A program made the translations under genes and the position numbers. Below, piece by piece: positions 1-18,521 of a stretch of 64,000 nucleotides of DNA; within the stretch, counting starts at the first letter, position 1, and each line of letters starts with the position of its first letter. Origin of the DNA: the human T2T-CHM13v2.0 reference genome, Homo sapiens. Location of the stretch: assembly GCF_009914755.1 (NCBI RefSeq), contig NC_060925.1; one strand, given 5' to 3'. The notes beneath the pieces are model-generated. The model saw only the letters and a program-made list of their open reading frames with translations. It was not told where the DNA came from and did not search any database.

Positions 1-531
1 TGTGTGTATATGTGTGTGTGTGTTTAATTCAATCTCTACTTTCTACTTACACTTTGGTCTCTGTGGAATTTGGAATCTAGCTAATTTATTATCTTGGCAT
101 TCTTTCTCATCCTGCTGGTGATTTTTTTTTCTTGATCTTTCAAAGCTGTCATTTGGAAACAGCTGGTTTATAAGGCTTCAATTTCTTAATGCTTTTCCTA
201 TTGCTTTAAGCACAGAAAAATCTTATGTTTTTGTTCCTGTTTTATAACACTGAATATTAATATCATGTAACTGCTAACCACTTGATGACTGCCTGCTCTT
301 AGAACTTAAATAATGTATCTGAGTCAAAAAGAACAAATTGAGAGGGGACTTTTTCATTGTTTTTAATGGTTTGTCTTATTATACTAGAATTCTGGTGATG
401 TAATTCATAAATGGGAGGATGACAGGCAGAAGGTATATACATTACTTCCTGAGTTTTCATTACTTATTTAGAAATTTAAGTCTTCTCCATCAGCTCAAGA
501 TATGGAGACATTCATTTACCATATCTCATCA

Positions 532-4985
<4,454 letters not shown>

Positions 4986-5353
4986 TTCTCCTCAGAACTA
5001 TATCCAGTTTATGTATACAATCATTAGATCTAGGTAAAAAATAATAATAATAATAAAGAAATAATGCAATACATGTCTCATCCACTTAGCACCTTATAAT
5101 CTGTGAAGAAATCAAAGGCGTACAATCATAAACAATTACATAATAATTAAGGGTAAAATGATAGGTACCAAAATTAATGACAGAAGTGGTACAAATAAAA
5201 TTGTGTAAAGATGGAATTAATGTAAGTGTGAGCAGATCTGAAAGAATGATTCTATGTTAAGAAAGATATCTGTGATTGACTTTAGCAAATATATGTTGAG
5301 CACTTGTGCAAAGCACATTGGATACAATAATAAAAACGTAGGCATGATTTCCA

Positions 5354-6996
5354 TACTATTTATTTGGTATGGACTATAGTGGCCCAATGGTCTGGTTTCA
5401 ACATGCGAGTGTGTGTATATGTGTGTGTGTGTGTGTGCATGTACGTGTAAAACCTACACACTACAAGGTAGGCCAGAGGGGCTATCACTCAATCACCTTC
5501 AGTGTATTATAGTCCAGAAGTTTAGAGGTAAGCTCCCAATTTCAAGTTTTATATCTCAGTATTTTCAGTTGTGGACTAGTAAGCAGAAGAGAAATTAGGA
5601 ATTAAGAATATGGGACTATATACAAAAATTAGCTATCATGGAGGCCAAGGAAGAAGTATTTTTCTTGGAATGAAATGAGGTGTTGGATATTATCAACTAG
5701 CTCTTACTACAGCCTTTTTTTCCCCTGTAATCTACCTGCCATAAAAAATACCTATTGTTATAAAGACACTGAAGAAGAGGAGAATTGAGAAAATGTTATT
5801 AGTTTATTTAGCAATGCTTATGGCGGAAGTTTCAAATACAGGTCATGCATCTTGCATTCATACAAGTATGCTACACAGGTTACCAATGACCCTGAGAAAT
5901 AAATTTTCCAAATAACAATTTTCAATATTTAAGGTTTACAATCCTTTTGTAACGTACTCATAACTTTTGAGTTGTGGTGTTCAGAAATTTATTTTAAATA
6001 CTTAATAAAATAGCCTTAATTTTCTCATGTTTCTCCATCATATGACTCCATTTATGTCACTAATACTATTTTTTAATTGTTTTTCTTATGAAATCAGACT
6101 ATTTCTGTTTTCTTTCACTGTGCAGTAGTGGGATGTTTTTTATCTTTTCTAAAGGTATAGAATTGCTTTTCTTTTAAAAGTTAATGCAAATTTTAAAAAT
6201 AATATTATTAGCACCAAAATTATTATTGATGTAAATTTGATAACTACTTTTTTGGATCTCAAAACATGTCTTTACCCATCTACTATTTATTTGGTAGGGG
6301 TTATAGTGGCCCAAGGTCTAAATCAGCCTAGCCCAAATCAAGACTGATTTCATTATAATTAATTTTTCATTTGTTAGAAAATTAAAGAACGGTTTCTGTA
6401 ACCAAAGGGTTCATTTTATGTCTAAATGTCTAGAAATCACATCACCAAATATAAAAACGTATTTGCTTTCTACACACAAAAAATTAAGTATGTATGCTTA
6501 GGTTTGTATATATTATGCATATTTATATATATTTGTAAAGAATATTGCTAGACAGCTGAATCATGTTAGACTCTATAATTGACTTACAAACAAAATCAAC
6601 AAAGAGAAAAGCATTGTATAAACACACAAATTCAACGTACGCATACAGGCAGTCAAATTGTATGCATCATTAGAATCACGGTTTCATTGCCAGCTCTGTT
6701 AACTTAGCAGTGCAATTTATAATTTTCCAGAATTACCAAAATATATAGTCTAAAGCAATGGTTTCAACATGCATGTGTGTGTATATGAGTGTGTGTGTAT
6801 GTGTGTGTGCGTGTAAGTGTAGAACCTATACACTATAAGGTAAGCCAGTTACTGAAATATATAGACTAAAGCAATGGTTTCAACATGCAGGTGTGTGTGT
6901 GTGTGTGTGTGTGCATGTATGTGTAAAACCTACACACTACAAGGTAGGCCAGAGGGGCTATCACTCAATCACCTTCACTATATTATAGTCCAGAAG
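5354..6996 (+). repeat. Complex local duplication containing (TG)n
   Basis: 5354-5393 matches 6281-6319; 5394-5520 matches 6876-6996; ~6733-6848 and 6849-6952 are tandem copies. Confidence 0.88.
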
Positions 6997-8774
6997 AAAG
7001 GACCTAACTGTGAAGCTTTCAAAAGCCAGTACAGTGATTCTAATGTGAGTATAGCACCTCCCCAACCATACACAAAAGATTTTAAACACACACACAACCA
7101 CACACACACAAACACACACGCACACACACATAATTCCCTTATCCTTTGCAGCATCTGAGAACCAATGGATAAATAAGCCTGTGGAAAGAAAATTTTTATG
7201 TTACATGCAATGCTTTAATTAAAGAAAAGAATACTATAAGACCTGGTAAATACAAATATTTGTATTCTTATGTAAATAGTCTATCTAAAATAGTACTATG
7301 GATCTAAATATACCACTGCTTACAGATCATGACTTCCTTATGAAGACCTAGGGAACTTAAATCAACTTTATAATTTTCTCTTCAGTTTTCATTTTGTAGA
7401 CTAGCAGCCATTTGACAGGGAGCTGTGATTAAAAGCTTAAGTTACTTTCTGTGGCAGTGCTAAGTACAAGAATGATCTTTAGGCAGTTTAAGACGTTAAG
7501 TGGACAGAAAGCCATGACTACGTAGTTAAATTAAGTCAAATAAATTGGATGCATTAAATAGCCTCTTGTTAGTAAGTGTGCCAGTGAAACTCTTATTAAG
7601 TTAAAGTAGGTAAATAATGAAAGTAAGAAATGCTTTCCTGGGTTTGAGAATGAATGAGATTAAGAATCAGTAGAACTAGAAAATATTAGGAAAAAATTAT
7701 AAAATAAGGTAAGAGAAAGATTTAAGAGTACAGTTTTTGTTAGAGAGAAAGTGAAACAGAATTACAGATGAGCTCAGACTCATTATGTCTGCGAGTGTGT
7801 GTTTGTGTGTGCCTATCTGTGAATTAGGATGCATCGAAGGTCAGTGAACACAGCTGTGCTTGACTAATATGAAAGTACTTAATCACGAGAATACTTACTT
7901 TACATATTTTATTTATAACTTTAAGTGAATTGACATGAACATTCTCTGAGGTGGTATCATCCACCCAAAAACAATGCACCAATGAAGAATGATGAAGTAA
8001 GATCTACGTTACTCTATGAGCTTTGCCACAGAATTACTTGCTTTTAACACTGAACAACTCACTCCACACATCTCTGCCTTTCTTCTACCTTGTGAAATGA
8101 TAAGAATATGTTTTTTACTTAATCTTCACTCTGCTACATATAGCCAAAGTTCAGGCACAGCTAGTAAAAGGAGAGGGCAAGATTTAAACTCAGATCATTG
8201 TGTTCCAAGCCCAGTGCTAATTGGTCAGGCAAAATAATTGGATAAGTGACTTGTCCAGGAATGGGACAAGAGGATAGAGTAGCTTAAAATCCAGCAATAA
8301 AAATTTTTATTTGAAATAGTAGGCATCAGATATACACTACGGATTCTTTATCATGTGAGTAAAGAAAAATGATCATCAATCTGGCTGCACTATGCAAGAT
8401 ATTGAAGGGAAGAAAGTTTTGGTATATTAAATCCACCAAAATTAATTAAATCGAAGAAAGGCCATGAAGTTTTTATGTCAACCCTCTGAAAAACCTTTTT
8501 TTTGCTTATGTATCTTAAGTACTTACCTGGATGCATTTGGTGCCTAGTGTTACCCAATAAATATTTGTAATTCTGGTAGATAACAAGATGGAGAGGATCT
8601 TCCAGATAAAGTTTATGTATTTGTGTTTCATGTTAAGGAATTAGAACAGATAGAGCTACAAACCCAGCTTTGCCATCTATCAACATAGATGACTTGTTGA
8701 AACCACAGGAAGCGATTAACGCCCCAAGGTGATGTGTAGAAAAGACCAAAAAAACTATAAACATCTTTTGTAAA

Positions 8775-9036
8775 CATGTGGTTTATTTCACTCAGCGTAA
8801 TCTTGTCCAGGTTCATCCATGTTGTTCTCCTTCTCTCAAAAAGTCAAATTCATGGAAAAAGAGTAGGATGGTGGTTACCAATGGCCAGAGGATGGGGGAA
8901 ATGGGAAGATGATGGTTAAAGATAACCTTCTGTTATAAAGTGAATAAGTTCTGGATACCTAAAGTACAGCATGGTAACTACAGTTAATGTATCATATGCT
9001 TGAAATTTGCTAAGAGAGATCTTAAGACGTCTCACT
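8775..9036 (+). mobile_element. L1M (L1MB/MA-type) 3' fragment with inverted 5' piece
   Basis: 8775-8826 is antisense L1 3' sequence (tttatttcactcagcgtaat...gttcatccatgttg). 8840-9036 is sense L1M 3'UTR (gtggttacc...tgaataagttctgg...tgaaatttgctaagagag). Confidence 0.7.
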
Positions 9037-9529
9037 ATAATATTATTAAGAATATTTACATACACCATGGTTAAGTAAAACATCTTCTGAAATAAATCAG
9101 TCTGAAATCTATAACCTTTTATGTCTAATTAGAGAATGCACTAAGAATAACATAAGGGTTCTCCTGCATAGTAAAGGAGGTCTACTCTAAAAAGTTGAAA
9201 AGCAAAAGAAAACTAGTTTTCTAATCACTTTAAAAACCATGATAATATCTTGAAATATCTTTCATTATTAACTTTAATTAGCACACAAATATCGAAACAA
9301 ATACTTCTTAGAATTTAATCTTTACAATGGCAAATTCCAGGAAATTTACTGGGGAAATATAAGTACATTAATTTGAAAAGAAAACATTTATATGCATTTA
9401 AGTTTAAATGATTTATTTCATTTTAATGTCTGAGTATTAAATTCAATATTTAATATTATTTTTCTTTAATAGCTCTGAATTAATATATTACACCATTTGA
9501 GGAAAGGGAAACAAACAGAAAATACTTAC

Positions 9530-9550
9530 TTGTGATGCTATTTTTCGAGA
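9530..9550 (-). CDS. KCNT2: KCNT2 alternative 21-nt microexon (SRKIASQ)
   Basis: Long pyrimidine tract tttctttttccctcccgttgtgtcag|TCTCGAAAAATAGCATCACAA|gtaagt; phase 0-0. Matches the TTSE-SRKIASQ-SQISI insert I recall from longer Slick isoforms. Confidence 0.88.
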
Positions 9551-9782
9551 CTGACACAACGGGAGGGAAAAAGAAACACACAAAACACAGTTTAAACAAT
9601 GACTAAACAATAGATGCATGCCAACAATCAGTAACAAGGACAAAATGTAACATATACCCACATAACAAAATCCAATTGCATGCATATTTCTCGTAGGGCT
9701 TTTGAACAAAATTAGATAAAGAATAAGCTATTATTTTTAAAGATTCAGTCTTGTTAGATTGTTTTTGTTTTGCTGAAATTGT

Positions 9783-10836
9783 CTTCCCATTGTAATAGTA
9801 GAGTGTTAATGATCGGCAGACGGGACAATGGTTATTCCACTATGCACATTTTTGGAATTTACAAGATTTATTCACTATAAAAGTAGCCATAATCCAGGGT
9901 AACACATTCCACAAATGTACTCCATACTCTATAAATGATATTGATACATTAATATGCTTTAAGTATAAAAGTTTGATAGAAAAAGTGGTGTTTGTAGAAG
10001 AAAATAAAATAATTGGTAGTAGCTTATAAAGCTACTATAGTCATAACAGAATACTTGATATAATTATTGACATTCTATAATCATTATTGGTGTTAATATT
10101 TGTACTATTTTTTAATTTCAGATCTTACAGTAAGATTGATTTTTTCTCCTACATACATATGTAATTAAGTTAGTTGACAGAAATATTCTGAGCTTTCATA
10201 TTGGCTATGGAATCTAAACTAATTGATTTCCTTAATCAATGTATCATAGCTAAGTAGGGGTTATAAATAAAAATCATGCTGTCTTATTCTTCAAATTTAA
10301 AGAACAATAGTCTATTCATTTTTGAATAGGTGGAAGTAACATTTTCAAGTATATTATTTGATGTAATATAACTTGTAATATAACTCCTCTAGTGTTAGTA
10401 TTATAAGTATTATAATAGTATTATCTATAACTGAAAATATAAGAAATGCATAATAAACATTTGATTGTGGGTTTCTTGAAACTATTTCAGGATTCCTTAC
10501 ACATGACACAATGGAATAAATGTTGTTTGAGAGAATAATAGCAAAGAATGGACAGGTAGAATTTTACAACCAGTCAATCCTAAACCTTATTAAAATAATC
10601 TTAATGAGATTTTATAATAGGTAAATTTGTATCTTAATAATATATTTTAAAAGCTACTTCCCATTGTAATAGTAAAGTGTTAATGATTGGCACATGGGAC
10701 AATGTTTATTCCACTATGCACATTTTTGGAAGCTACAAGATTTATTCACTATAAAAGTGGCCAAAATTCAGGGTAACACATTCCACAAATGTACTGCATA
10801 CACTATAAATTATGTTGGTATATTAATATGCTTTAA
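9783..10836 (+). repeat. 180-bp direct duplication (9783-9962 / 10657-10836)
   Basis: Ungapped manual alignment, about 16 mismatches (~91% identity). Confidence 0.93.
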
Positions 10837-10959
10837 AAGATGTTTTTCTGGTTCCTAGTAAAATGTTCACTGGTTATAGTATACTTCAAACAAATGAGAT
10901 TTTCTGCACACTGGAAAACTGGAGGCAAACATAGGTCTACCTTTTCTTAACCAAAGGAC

Positions 10960-11200
10960 AAATATGCTTAATAATTCAGAATTGTTCAGATTTTGGAAAA
11001 TTAATACTATGTTATATGCTATATAGTAGCTAATACCCCCAGTGGAACCTAGGTAGCCTTCATTTTCAAAAATTAATATTTCTGCAATGAAAAGTATAAA
11101 TATTCACTCTCAATGGAATAAGTAAACATTATAAATAATCTCATGAAAATTAAGGTGACATTTTGCCACTAAATGACTTCAGGGAGCCTTTTGACATTTT
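10960..11200. mobile_element. MER46C/Tigger-like DNA transposon fragment
   Basis: aattcagaattgttcagattttggaaa...aatacccccagtgg...attaatatttctgca resembles the recalled MER46C consensus. Confidence 0.5.
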
Positions 11201-12349
11201 ATACTTTTATATTATGGATTGAGAAGGAAAATACTGATCCTTTTTGTCCACTAAGAGTAATATGTGTCCCTGTCCTTCCTATATATGTTGTTCGAACCAG
11301 GAGTATCTGATGTTTGTCAAAATTCCCTGAACTGAAAACACATAGATAGTGGCAGAAGTTCTCCTGGCATGGAGGGCATATGACTAATTATGAATGGGCA
11401 GTTCCATCTCTACTCTGCTTTCCATAGACTGATTTTCCAGCCACTGTGTGCACCCTCACTTTACTTTCTGCTTGTGTTTGTGTGACTTCTCCTTTCACTA
11501 ATCTACATCACACCAGAAAAAAATGAGATAGTATTCCAGGCCTTCTATAAATGTTAATAGTTTTGATTATCAATGTTCTTTACCAACGTTTGTCTTTTTA
11601 AAAATGTCAGCTAAACATTAGGCAGTGCTTTCCCACTCCCACAGCCAAAGCAGTTATATCAGAGATATAAAAAATGATAACTTTTGTTTTCTCTACTCAG
11701 AACATGGAAAGATGACAGGCTGGAAAATGATGTGGCATGAAAACCTGCATCTGCCTTTAAAAGTATTTTTTTTTCCATGAATAAACCAGAAAGCAAAGCC
11801 TAAAGTCTTTATATTAGTTTATCCTTATGTAAAAAGCTGATATTTAATAAATGTTCTTCATAGTACAGAGTAGAATTTAGCATTTAAATGTGTATATACT
11901 AAAGAAATAATTAATGAATGGGTCTGATATCACCACATTATGCCTTTACATCTGTTAGTGCTTTTTACTAGTTATACATGCATGGTTTGAACAGTCAGAA
12001 AATGTTATAGCTGGTTTAGAAAAATAGCAGCTTATAGCATAATATCTCTTAATTCCCTCTCATAAGACCCATCTACTTTTGCCTCTTTTAGTTGGTTATG
12101 TTGTTCTTTCTCTCTCTGTTTCTATAGAATATGCCTGATTATTATTTCATGTTTTTTTCAGTTTCTGCTTTTATCTATTGACTTCTCACTCTGCAAGAAG
12201 AGTCATTAACAGTCTTTTCCATATATTCCACTACCTTTGCCCTCATCATCTCAAAATAGTTCAACATAATTTTTATTGGATCAAAATTCAGGACATACCA
12301 TGACTAAGTATACTTTACAGATAAGATATATAGGTATGTGGTTAGTATT

Positions 12350-13600
12350 CATTTCCTGCACACATTCTTTCATTGTTGATAACGATGTTATATTCCTAAG
12401 GTCAGTAATTGCTTTATTGTATTAATTGCTTTGATATGTAATTAGATATATGCAATAATTCATCCTGAACTCTTTGGCAACTTTCTAATATTAATTTAAA
12501 ACATTGAGATGCATCAGGATTAATCTTCCTAAAGAATTCTCTCTGAAGCCTTCTGACCTGCTCTAGGTCTCCCTTTATGCTTGGGGGTCTTTACATCACC
12601 ATCCTATTGATCCTCTTTACTTCATTCTTGTCGCTGGTTTCCATAAAACGTCTGGTTTCCTGCAGATCATTATTTCTCCTTCATTTTACTCATTCATTCT
12701 GGTGGGAGTAGTTTCCTTAGACAGCAGACTTGGGAAGGATATTTTTGGAGAATATATATATTTGATATCTGATTTATTCTACTCTTACACAACTTTGCTT
12801 TGACTGGATAAAAAAATCTAATTTGAAAATAATACTCTTTCAAAATCTTGAGAGCATTGTTTCATTTTATTCTGGCTTGTGGTATTGCTGTTGAGAAAAC
12901 CCCAATAGTACCTTGTATGTGACCTATCGCACGTCTCCTGCTCATCTCTCTGAAAGATTTTAGGATCCCCTCCTTTCCTTCAGTGTTTTGAAAATTGGTG
13001 ATGTGATTCACTGTTTAATTCACTGTTGTGGACACATGGTAACCCTTACCATTTGGAAACTAACACACTACTGATTTTTCTAGAATTATTACAGTAATAT
13101 TTCTTCAATTTGTATGCATTTCCTCTTTCTTGAAATCTTGTGATTCAAATCTTAGAACTCCTAGACTAATTCTCTAATTTTATCTTTTCTTTACTCATTG
13201 TCCATGTTTTGAATTCTTGCTCTAGTTTATCAATAACTTCCTGAACTTCATATTATAAGCTTTTTCACTTCTGTTGGGAATTTTTAGTTGTCTTCTTCTT
13301 AGAGTAAATGACTAATAAGTTAACTGAAAGCTCTGGGTGAGATTCTTTTTATTGCTGCATTTCATGGTGATCTGGCTGGATTACAAACTTAAAGAATCTC
13401 CCACATCTGTATTTTTAGGGCCTTCCACGTGGGTTGGTCAGTTTCCCTAAGAAAGAGTCTTTCAATCTGCTGAAGTGTAAAGCGTACAGAATGTATCTTT
13501 TAACTTAGCGTTCAGAATTCAGTGTGATACTCCTAGCCCTCAACTCTTTCCGGGGTCCAGAGGCCACAGACCACTTCCATAGACTAAACCTTTAATATGT
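12350..13600 (-). mobile_element. Ancient L1ME-type fragment
   Basis: T-rich antisense ORF2-like stretches (gagcattgtttcatt...tattgctgttgagaa; gattcaaatcttagaactcctagac). Confidence 0.5.
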
Positions 13601-14874
13601 GTTTATATGGAGAGACTGACAGCAGCAAAGCTTTCTGAACTGTTGAGGAAAATTGAGATCTGACAGCAACCTAAGCAAAAATATAGACTCTCCAATAGTA
13701 ATTACTGAAAGAAGTTTCTAATTCCTGAAATCTAGTGTCTTTCTTTAAGTTCAAGTAAGAGAACAGGGCCATTTTGAACACTAATGGTTATTTAAATTTC
13801 AAAACTTTGTTTTTGAATCATTTCATATTTGAGAGACATGGTGAACTGTCAGAGCCAATTTTATTTTGTTAGATCCACTAAGCTCTTATTCTGCGTTTTT
13901 ATATAATCTTAAAAAAATAATGTTTTATTCTTTAAATACAAAAAAAAACCTCAATGTCTTTATTGGGTTAATATTTAATTGATATCCCTTCCTACTTTTT
14001 TAGTTAAAGATTAATGTAAGAGATATGCACTTTAATGGTATTTTTTTCATCTTGCAAAGCTATGAGCAAAGATAGATATTACTCATCATGGTATCTAAAA
14101 TCTCCAAATTCAGGAAGCAAATAATATACTCATTCTTTTAAAAAATGACCAAGAAAAACAAATCTTTTGCAAGATGAATTTTATCCTTTCATGTATCAGA
14201 CCATAATTACTATATAGATCAACATATTGCTATTTTTTACCTTATTTACCAGGAAATTAAAAATAGAAGTCAGGCTCAACTGTAGCACTCAGTTTATGCT
14301 AGTACAGTAACACTAACTTCTCAAAACATTTACGACAAAATATTTTGTTGTAAAAAGTGCTTGATGTTTCTACTGTTTATCTTTGTTAGTTGCCTCAATT
14401 CTTTCTACAATAGGCAGAATTTAATTTAATAACAATATGTGTGTCAGAAGATGGATTGAATTCAGTAGAGAAAAACAAGAGGCATTATTTTTATTTAAAA
14501 CAGTGTCCTTTTATCATCCCAATGATATATATTTTTAATATAATCTAGATATTTGAGAATTTACAAGCATTTTAATGAGGTAATCTTTATTTGCTATGGG
14601 CAGAGTTGACTAAATGTAGTTAAATACTCCTTGATGACAATTCAAATACTCAGTATCCTTTTCCTATCTGCAATGTCAACAGCACAAAAGAAGTATTTTA
14701 ATAATATATGAACATTATTATAATACATAATACTGACATGGACATGGAGTTGACCAAGGCCAGAATTTACTGCATTACAATTCCCAAAGCCTATATGTGA
14801 GACAAAAAATCAGGGCAACACTCTACTGTATGAAAGTCTTCTTTGTACTTGCTATGGTCAAATAAGAAATGATT

Positions 14875-15213
14875 TGTATACACTAAATATTTGTTCTCCA
14901 TCACCCCACAATGCATATGTGAAAACCTAATCCTCAATGTTGATGATATTTGAAGGTGGGGCTTTGGGAAGGTGATTAGATCATGAAAGAGCCTTATAAA
15001 AGAGGACTCAGAGAGATCCCCTTCCCTTTCCACCAGATGAGAATTCAGTGAGAAGATGCCTATCTGAGAACCAGGAAGCAGGTCGGCAACAGACACGTAA
15101 TCAACTGGTGCCCTGATCTTGGACTTCTCAGCCTTCAAAACTTTGAGAATTAAATTTCTGTTGTTTACAAGCCACCCAGTCCATGGTATTTTGTTATAGC
15201 AGCCTGAACAGAT
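14875..15213 (+). mobile_element. MaLR LTR (MLT1A/MST-like)
   Basis: aacctaatcctcaatg...ggtggggctttgggaaggtgattagatcatga...gccacccagtccatggtattttgttatagcagcc. Confidence 0.85.
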
Positions 15214-15413
15214 CATGATCGTGCTTAATTACTTGGGTATGAAAGCACTTGATCTTCTCTTAACCTTTAATTAAATAATATTGTTTTGAATCCAGTATTC
15301 TTAAAATTTTAGGCATATCTAGACAAACATCTTACATATTTAACTGTCTGGTTTGTTTTTCCAGTCAGTCATTCCTGATTTTCTCTTGATTTGTCTCATT
15401 CTTTGCAGTGTGA

Positions 15414-15790
<377 letters not shown>

Positions 15791-16913
15791 ACATAGCTCC
15801 ATTTAACACTCCTGAAGCTAAAGTGACACCACCAAGAAGCAACTCAGAAAAACTAACCTATTTTCTGCTGGTAACTTATATAAGTGTCAAACTATAAATT
15901 TGATCAGCAACAACAAAAATCTACCCCGTTATCTTTATGCTTTCTATAAAGTTCTTTTCTATATAGGGATTTATTAATTTTGTCACTAGGTGGTTTAATG
16001 ATCATAGAAATTACAGAAATGTATGTGTCTGATCTGAGCCTCAAAGTTGAGGTAATTTTGTATCAGACCAAAAAAAATGGCTGACCAAAATTTCTTTTTA
16101 ATTTGTAATAACTTTGAAGTGTCTGAAGAAAAAAAAATTCAAGAATACAAACCATAATTTACATTAAATAATTTTATAGATATTGATAGAATGATGAATT
16201 CATCCAAAATCTTTATTTCAAAAAAGAGTCTGACCTAAAAGGTGATATTACACTAAGGCTATAAAAATTACTTAGAACAACATGAACCACATGAAGTGAT
16301 CAAATCAAAATGCAAATATGTTTCGGCTGCATGAACTTACCAGAGATTCTCCTTCCATACTAACAAGATCAAGTTTGCTGTTAAATTTACTGAGGTTTAC
16401 TTTGGGAAGATCTGACACTACTCTTATACTCAGAGTTTTCTTTTGGCTTTAGAGTGGTCACCAATCTAGAGATTGAGAAATGTGAATTTTAACACTTACT
16501 AAATTATCTTTGCTTTGCTTCCTTCAAAATGCTAATATATGCAGTAGGGGTATACATTAGAAATCTAGGTTGCTTGCCCTGAGAACTTTTCTTATGTGTC
16601 AGAACCTCAAGGTTATTTGTAATTAATTTGCTTCCTGATAATCTTCCAAAACAGCTAATCCTAGATCTACAAAAGTCATCTAAAGCCCAACATCCATAAA
16701 CTTAGAACAGCCCCTTAGCCAACAATATTTTTTGGAAGACTGACATAGTTTAGTAAAACAAATAGTTGAAAAAAAATTTGGTTCTGAGATTTAACACTAC
16801 GTATTCAGGTAGCATTCTTTTTCACTTTCTCTTGCATTTTTTATAAATCAGTTTATAAGCTTATGAATGATTGCACTCATCAGATTAAACATCAAAACAA
16901 GAATATTTTGTTA

Positions 16914-17051
<138 letters not shown>

Positions 17052-17139
17052 CTATAACACACACAAATTATTTACATATTAAATGTGTCAGAAATAAAAA
17101 CCTAGTGGTAACTTTACATTTCTTTATTTGCTTATTTTT

Positions 17140-17235
17140 GTGGGGGGCAGGGTCTCACTCTGTCACCCAGGCTACAGTGCAACGGTGCAACCATGGCTCA
17201 CTGCAGACTCAACCGACATCCCTGGCTGAAGCATT
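17140..17235 (-). mobile_element. Alu fragment (AluJ/monomer)
   Basis: gggtctcactctgtcacccaggct...atggctcactgcag. Confidence 0.75.
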
Positions 17236-17399
17236 TTTCACTTCTTAAAGGGAGAAATTATTAGTATTTGGAAATCTCCAAGTAATATTTCATGCTTATC
17301 CATGTATTAAATTTATTTATTATGCATCACCAAACTTAAGAAATCTGAGTACTCAATTTAGGGCAGTATGACATTATATTAGTTCGTTATCAGTAGGCA

Positions 17400-17597
17400 A
17401 TAGAGCACTGGTAATTGACTGGGAAATGTAAAGCATATGGAAACTATTTTGCATGCTGCAATAACTGGAGGCTGACACTGGTATTTAATGTACAGGGTAT
17501 GCTGATGTTACCAAATGCGAAGTGCAAAAGACACTCTAGCACCATACTGACTTGTTCCACCCAATGTTCCAATAATGCCTATATTGAGAAAGATGAA
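17400..17597. mobile_element. MER20-like hAT-Charlie MITE
   Basis: ggaaactattttg...aactggagg...actggtatttaatg...caataatgcc...ttgagaaa resembles MER20. Confidence 0.55.
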
Positions 17598-17824
17598 TAG
17601 TAGAATAAGCATCGTGATACCAGACAGGAAACAAAAATTGTAGTGCCCCTTTGCTTCTTGTAAATCTGAACTGTTACCAAATCATTTCATTCAGCATACT
17701 TGGACAAAGTATACTTATCTATAAAACAAAGGAGTTAAAAAGCATGATCACCGTTTTTGTGGACAGTATAGTATCCTACGGCAGTTTCAAATTGCCAGTT
17801 AACAAAAAAAAATTCATTCAACAT

Positions 17825-18111
17825 TTTTTTTTTTTTTGAGATGGAGTCTTACTCTGTTGCCCAGGCTGGAGTGCAGTGGCGCGATCTCGGCTCACTGCAA
17901 GCTCTGCCCCCTGGGTTCACGCCATTCTCAGCCTCCCGAGTAGCTGGGACTACAGGGGCCCGCCACCACACCCAGCTAATTTTTTGTATTTTTAGTGGAG
18001 ACGGGGTTTCACTGTGTTAGCCAGGATGGTCTCTAACTCCTGACCTCATGATCCACCCGCCTCAGCCTCCCAAAGTGCTAGGATTACAGGTGTGAGCCTC
18101 CACGCCTGGCC
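17825..18111 (-). mobile_element. AluY
   Basis: gcaagctctgcc...ttcacgccattctc and tgttagccaggatggtctc diagnostics; TSD aaattcattca(a/g)catt on both sides. Confidence 0.93.
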
Positions 18112-18329
18112 AAATTCATTCAGCATTTTACACAAAATGGCTATTTATTATGATTATTAAGTAAAAATAATATGTTTTCCTTGAAATTTTTAAAGGAATT
18201 TTAAAAACTCAAATGCATCTGGATTCACAATACAAAAAATAACACATGACATAGAAGAATTAGCAAAGTACACGGTAGATAGATTTCAGAACCTTCTATC
18301 ACAACTATCTTTTATTCTAGAGATTATTA

Positions 18330-18521
<192 letters not shown>

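Noticed and set aside
14791-15216. 141-aa minus-strand ORF
   Set aside because: Antisense reading of a MaLR LTR.
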